Assembly: GCA_965204725.1 (NCBI GenBank)
Contig: OZ242005.1
Location: 4,320,001-4,384,000, forward strand
Direction of reading: 5' to 3'
Source of the DNA: Candidatus Latescibacterota bacterium
Lineage (GTDB): Bacteria; Latescibacterota; UBA2968; UBA8231
DNA: 64,000 nt
Part shown: piece after piece, positions 59,923 to 64,000 of the stretch
Position numbering within the stretch: the first letter of the stretch is position 1
Layout: each line of letters starts with the position of its first letter
Position numbers and translations under genes: made by a program
Notes under the pieces: model-generated
The model's database searches: none
The model's input: only the letters and a program-made list of their open reading frames with translations
Told to the model about the DNA's origin: nothing

Positions 59923-61101
59923 ATGAGAGTAGCCGCCATCGCCACCATCTACTATCCCAAGTCACATGCCGACGTCATAGCCACCAAGTTTATGAAAGGC
60001 ATGTCCACGGACGAGGGCCTGATGCCCCCAGAAGTGGATCTAGTATCCTTATACATTGACCATGTGCTGGAAAACGATATCGGCGTGAGTTTGGCCCGAG
60101 AGTACGGGATACCCATCTATCCCAGCATCCGCCGCGCCCTGCATGCGGGGGCCGACCGGCTCAATGTAGATGCGGTGCTGCTCATCGGCGAGCACGGCGA
60201 TTACCCTTGGAATGAGCGGGGCCGCCATCTGTACCCGCGCCGCTATTTCTTTGAGCAAATCGCGGGCGTCTTTGCCGAGAGTGGTCGCTCGGTGCCCGTA
60301 TTTTCAGATAAGCATTTAGCATACGACTTTAGGGACGCCCAGTGGATGTGGGACCGGGCTGGAGAATTGGGCATCCCGCTGATGGCCGGGTCGTCGCTGC
60401 CCTTGGCTTGGCGCTGCCCTTGGCTGGAGCATCCCAAGGAGACGCCCATTGAGGAAGCTCTATCCATCGGCTACGGCGGTATCGAGGCTTATGGATACCA
60501 TGCCTTAGAGACTTTGCAGTGCATGGTTGAGCGCCGCCGCGGCGGCGAACAGGGGGTGGCGTGGGTGCAGTGCCTCGAAGGGGACGACGTGTGGCGCGCC
60601 CGCGACGAGGGGCTGTGGTCTGGGGAACTGGCCGAGGCTGCTTGCGCTGCCATTGCCAAAAAGCCGGCTGGCCCCATGGAGAAACATGCCAAAAAACCGG
60701 CTGTCTTCCTCATGGAACACCGCGATGGCTTGCGCACGGCGACCTTGATGCTCAACCGCTATGTCAGCGACTTCGCCTATGCCGCACGGATAGGAGGGCA
60801 AGTGCAGGCCACGGAGTTCTACCTGCAAAACAGGGGGCCGTTTGCCCATTTCGGCTATCTATGCCGCAACATCCAGCAGTTTTTCAAAACGGGTCAGGCC
60901 CCGTATCCGCCCGAGCGCACCCTGCTGACGACTGGGGTTATCGACGCGGCGATGAACTCGCGCTACGAAGAGCACCGCCGGGTCGAGACGCCTTACTTAG
61001 ACATAGCGTACCAGTCTTACGACCAGATGCCGCAGCGACCAAAGGGGCCGCGGCCTAGGGGGGCCTGCGTCGACCCGCAGTCACCCGACATTCTGGGCTA
61101 A
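59923..61101 (+). CDS. Conserved hypothetical protein, divergent Gfo/Idh/MocA-like fold (paralog of 33493-34692)
   Basis: SHADVI, IGEHGDYP, DKHL, GSSLP, YGYHALE.LQCMVERR.GGE, ERTLLTTG. Confidence 0.75.
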   Translation: MRVAAIATIYYPKSHADVIATKFMKGMSTDEGLMPPEVDLVSLYIDHVLENDIGVSLAREYGIPIYPSIRRALHAGADRLNVDAVLLIGEHGDYPWNERGRHLYPRRYFFEQIAGVFAESGRSVPVFSDKHLAYDFRDAQWMWDRAGELGIPLMAGSSLPLAWRCPWLEHPKETPIEEALSIGYGGIEAYGYHALETLQCMVERRRGGEQGVAWVQCLEGDDVWRARDEGLWSGELAEAACAAIAKKPAGPMEKHAKKPAVFLMEHRDGLRTATLMLNRYVSDFAYAARIGGQVQATEFYLQNRGPFAHFGYLCRNIQQFFKTGQAPYPPERTLLTTGVIDAAMNSRYEEHRRVETPYLDIAYQSYDQMPQRPKGPRPRGACVDPQSPDILG

Positions 61102-61188
61102 CGCGCCTCGCGCCGAGAGAAGGCGTCGAGCGAGTAGTGCCCTGCGCCCGTTAGAAACAACGGGACAAAGGGGAAAAATCCGTCAGCT

Positions 61189-61503
61189 TCAGCTCTTCAA
61201 TTCGACGATAACATTCCGCCACGGCCCCGCGCCGGCGTTAAACGCTTCGTGTACCGCCTCCCCTTCGATCGCATTGAACCGCACATCCCCATCCTTCATG
61301 TCCCTAGGCTCCCCGCGGTTTCCCTGTGCATCGGCCGCCTGCAACCGGCCATCGCCAATAACTATGTATAGGTAGTCGTGCTCGTGCCGGTGCAAACCCG
61401 TGCTCTCGCCTGGGGCCAACCGCAAGTCCCAAACCCGCACCCGCTCATTCTCAAAAAGCAATTGCGTTCCCACTGCTGGCGAAACGGTGCTGTCTTTGTT
61501 CAT
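61189..61503 (-). CDS. Cupin domain protein
   Basis: LFENERVRVW...LAPGE..G.H.H..DY ... H...N....IVELK. Confidence 0.85.
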   Translation of the reverse strand: MNKDSTVSPAVGTQLLFENERVRVWDLRLAPGESTGLHRHEHDYLYIVIGDGRLQAADAQGNRGEPRDMKDGDVRFNAIEGEAVHEAFNAGAGPWRNVIVELKS

Positions 61504-61943
61504 AAATCCTTCTCCTTTCGCGCCCAAGATATACTTAGGGATACCCGCTCACAACCTCTTCTGTACCGACTAGTCCTCTGTCCTTGAGACGAGGAGCAAA
61601 TTGCGTTTTATTTTTGACCCTGCGTTGGGACGAACCAAGCGCAGTTATGGACTTCACCGCGCCTGTCCGCAGTTTAGCCAAAAATGAGACCCTTACCTTA
61701 ACCCGAACTCACGTTATATCAAGCGAATTCAAAGGCTTGGGCAAATTTTCAAGAGGACAAATCGAAGGGGAGCCGCGGGCGTTGGTAGCGGTGCGTACCG
61801 CGCACGAATTGAGGCCGCACGAGTATAGCGCGTCGAGTAAGAAGGGACACTTTTTCCTCGCTTAGGTGTTATATATGGCACACGGTCACTTGGGTGGACC
61901 CTTATTCACGTCGCTGGCGCGAGGACAATGGACGGAATCACGT

Positions 61944-63383
61944 ATGCCGGGAAGCAGCCGATCGGTCATCGGTCTCAGCGTCGTCCTGCTGCTCTGGTTG
62001 AGCGGTTGCGGGGCCGCTTATTCGGGCTATGTGTCCCATTCGCTCAGCCAGCTAGAAAAGGGCAACTACGAAGGCGCCCTCGCCAAGCTGGAAAAACCTT
62101 CCGGCAAAACCAACAAGTTGCTCTATCACCTTGAAAAGGGGCTGATTTTGCACTATCAGGGCCAATACGAGGCGTCCAACTTGGAGTTTGAACGGGCCGA
62201 GCGGCTAAGCGACCAGCTCTACACCCGCTCCATCTCGCGCCAAGTCGCGGCCATGGTCTCCAACGACGCGGTCATCGCCTACCGAGGCGAGGAGTTTGAG
62301 CTGGCCCTGATTCACTACTACCGAGCGATGAACTACGACCGGCTAGGCGACCGGCAAGCCGCGCTAGTCGAGTGCCGCAAGGCCAACCTGAAGCTCGAAA
62401 ACTACGCTCAGCAAGCCGAATACGAGCTTAGCTATAAAAACGACGCCTTTTTGCAGTACATGACCGGCCTCTTCTTTGAATCCGAGGGCGAGTGGAACGA
62501 CGCTTACATTTCCTACAAGGATGCCCTAAAGGGCTACCGCGCGTACGAAGCGGCCTTCGGCTTGCCGGTGCCGCATATCCTACTGGTCGATCTGGCGCGG
62601 CTGGCCGAGCGCTTGGGCTACGCAGACGAAGCGCAAGAATACGTGGAGCACTACTCGCTTGAACAAGGGGCACTTCAGCCGGTGTCCGGCGGCGAGATCG
62701 TGGTTTTCGTCGAGAGTGGCTTTGTCCCGCGCAAGCACCAAGTCGAATTCAATATGCCCATTATGACAGGCGAACAGGACGTAAAGACGCACACGGTGGC
62801 GGAGCGGGCTGTCCATCGCTACCACCATCCGCACACCTACCAGCGGCAAAGCGTAGATTACTGGCTCAGAGTGGCCCTGCCCGAATACCGGGAGGTGCCC
62901 TCGCAAGTGGCCGGGGTGCGGTTGCGGGCGGGCGAGCAGAGCGCGGTCGCGGTCATGGGCGAGGACCTCGCGGCGATTGCCCAACAGACCTTTACCGAGA
63001 AGTTCGACTCGATCCTGCTGCGCGCCGTCGCCCGGAGCTTGGTCAAGTATTTGGCGTCTAAAGGCATAGAAGAGGCATTTGAGGACGACAAAGACGACGA
63101 GGGCGACGAAGACGCCAATGATTGGGTCAAAGAAGGAGTGGGCAAAGCACTCGGCGGCTTGGTCAACCTCTTGGGCGTGGCGACCGAAGCGGCCGATACC
63201 CGAAGTTGGCTGGCGCTGCCGCGCACCATCCACATTGCGCGCCTGTTCGTGACGCCGGGTATGGCCACCCCGACGCTGGAGTTTATCGACGCCCGAGGCC
63301 AAGTCCTAGCCGTAGAGCCGCTGCCCGAAGTGGCGGTGGTGGCCGGAGAAAAGGTCTTTCTAAACTTTCGCACTTTTCGCTAA
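61944..63383 (+). CDS. COG3014-like TPR lipoprotein
   Basis: Lipobox LSGC; TPR-like helices; Y.GE.FE, ALVE.RK, TEAADTRSW.ALP. Confidence 0.75.
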   Translation: MPGSSRSVIGLSVVLLLWLSGCGAAYSGYVSHSLSQLEKGNYEGALAKLEKPSGKTNKLLYHLEKGLILHYQGQYEASNLEFERAERLSDQLYTRSISRQVAAMVSNDAVIAYRGEEFELALIHYYRAMNYDRLGDRQAALVECRKANLKLENYAQQAEYELSYKNDAFLQYMTGLFFESEGEWNDAYISYKDALKGYRAYEAAFGLPVPHILLVDLARLAERLGYADEAQEYVEHYSLEQGALQPVSGGEIVVFVESGFVPRKHQVEFNMPIMTGEQDVKTHTVAERAVHRYHHPHTYQRQSVDYWLRVALPEYREVPSQVAGVRLRAGEQSAVAVMGEDLAAIAQQTFTEKFDSILLRAVARSLVKYLASKGIEEAFEDDKDDEGDEDANDWVKEGVGKALGGLVNLLGVATEAADTRSWLALPRTIHIARLFVTPGMATPTLEFIDARGQVLAVEPLPEVAVVAGEKVFLNFRTFR

Positions 63384-63395
63384 GGAGCAAAAGCC

Positions 63396-64000
63396 ATGTA
63401 CTTCAAACTATGGATCGCCGCGCTGGCATTGGCTCTGCCGGTCGCGGCGCAGCAGAGTACGCCAGCGGCCGATCGGGCCGCGGATCCGCTGGCGGAAGGG
63501 GCGGTCTTCAACATCGTCGATTGGGACGGCGGCCAGCTACCCCAGCGCTACGAGCGCTCGGATCAACTGCCGATGAGCCTCGACGATGTGCGCAAGCTAA
63601 GCGCGAACAAGTTTAGCACCGATGCGATCGTCAAGATGCTCGAGGAGCGGCGCTGCGTCTGCGACGCCTCGGTAGATGCTTTGTTGCAATTGAAGAAGGC
63701 TGGCGTCGCCGAACAGGTGATCCAAGCCGTGTCGCTCCACGCGCTGCCGCCCAACCGCTCCTTCGGCCTGACGATCGCCCTCGACTTTGAGGGATTGGGC
63801 GGCGCAGCGACCGTATCGACGCAGGCGCGCAAGGGCTATCTCTACTTGATCGTCCCCGACGGCGACAAGGAGCGGGTCTTTATCGGCAACTTGCAGGCGA
63901 TCCTCGCCGGCCGCTGGCAGCGCGACGCGCTGATCGACAACACCGATCTGCTGCTGCCCAAAAAGGTGCGGCGCGTGACCTTCGCCTCCGAGGTCCCGCT
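63396..64000 (+). CDS. Hypothetical secreted protein, 3'-partial
   Basis: AAGGAG RBS; MYFKLWIAALALALPVAAQ signal peptide; frame open to the window end. Confidence 0.7.
   Translation, partial: MYFKLWIAALALALPVAAQQSTPAADRAADPLAEGAVFNIVDWDGGQLPQRYERSDQLPMSLDDVRKLSANKFSTDAIVKMLEERRCVCDASVDALLQLKKAGVAEQVIQAVSLHALPPNRSFGLTIALDFEGLGGAATVSTQARKGYLYLIVPDGDKERVFIGNLQAILAGRWQRDALIDNTDLLLPKKVRRVTFASEVP

Noticed and set aside
63075-63125. Acidic low-complexity stretch EDDKDDEGDEDAND
   Set aside because: A short linker-like segment with no true nucleotide repeat unit
1-64000. Stop-codon reassignment suggested by frequent TAG trinucleotides
   Set aside because: The genes are intact under code 11 and several end in TAG; the excess is out-of-frame CTAG explained by the mutational bias

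Overview
A GC-rich (roughly 60-65% by eye), gene-dense bacterial chromosomal segment with about 55 CDSs. I found no rRNA, tRNA, CRISPR array or intact transposase. The gene content (several sulfatases, Gfo/Idh/MocA oxidoreductases, enolase-superfamily dehydratases, PhyH/2OG dioxygenases, Uma2, an Rpn remnant, a TonB receptor) resembles Latescibacterota/Poribacteria-like diderm heterotrophs; this placement is inference only. Main blocks: (i) a sulfated/uronic glycan catabolic cluster at 6.8-15.6 kb; (ii) modABC coupled to a nuclease-DinG/XPD helicase fusion; (iii) an accessory AAA_14-DUF4143/macrodomain patch; (iv) a ferritin-like DUF455 + ATP-grasp fusion of unknown function next to an orphan RpnS-like ORF; (v) a uxuA-like gene, half-size GlnE, SSS transporter, long NagB and ferritin; (vi) yejABEF; (vii) two convergent type II-like restriction-modification pairs. 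The best novelty candidates are three. First, the second R-M pair, whose N4C methyltransferase is led by a toxin-less Phd/YefM-type gene with a perfect 16-bp palindrome upstream, in a block bounded by an imperfect direct repeat of the phyH 5' end. Second, the diiron/ATP-grasp fusion enzyme. Third, a window-wide depletion of CCWGG (and CTGCAG) with an excess of the matching C-to-T products. All family calls come from motif recognition, not database searches.
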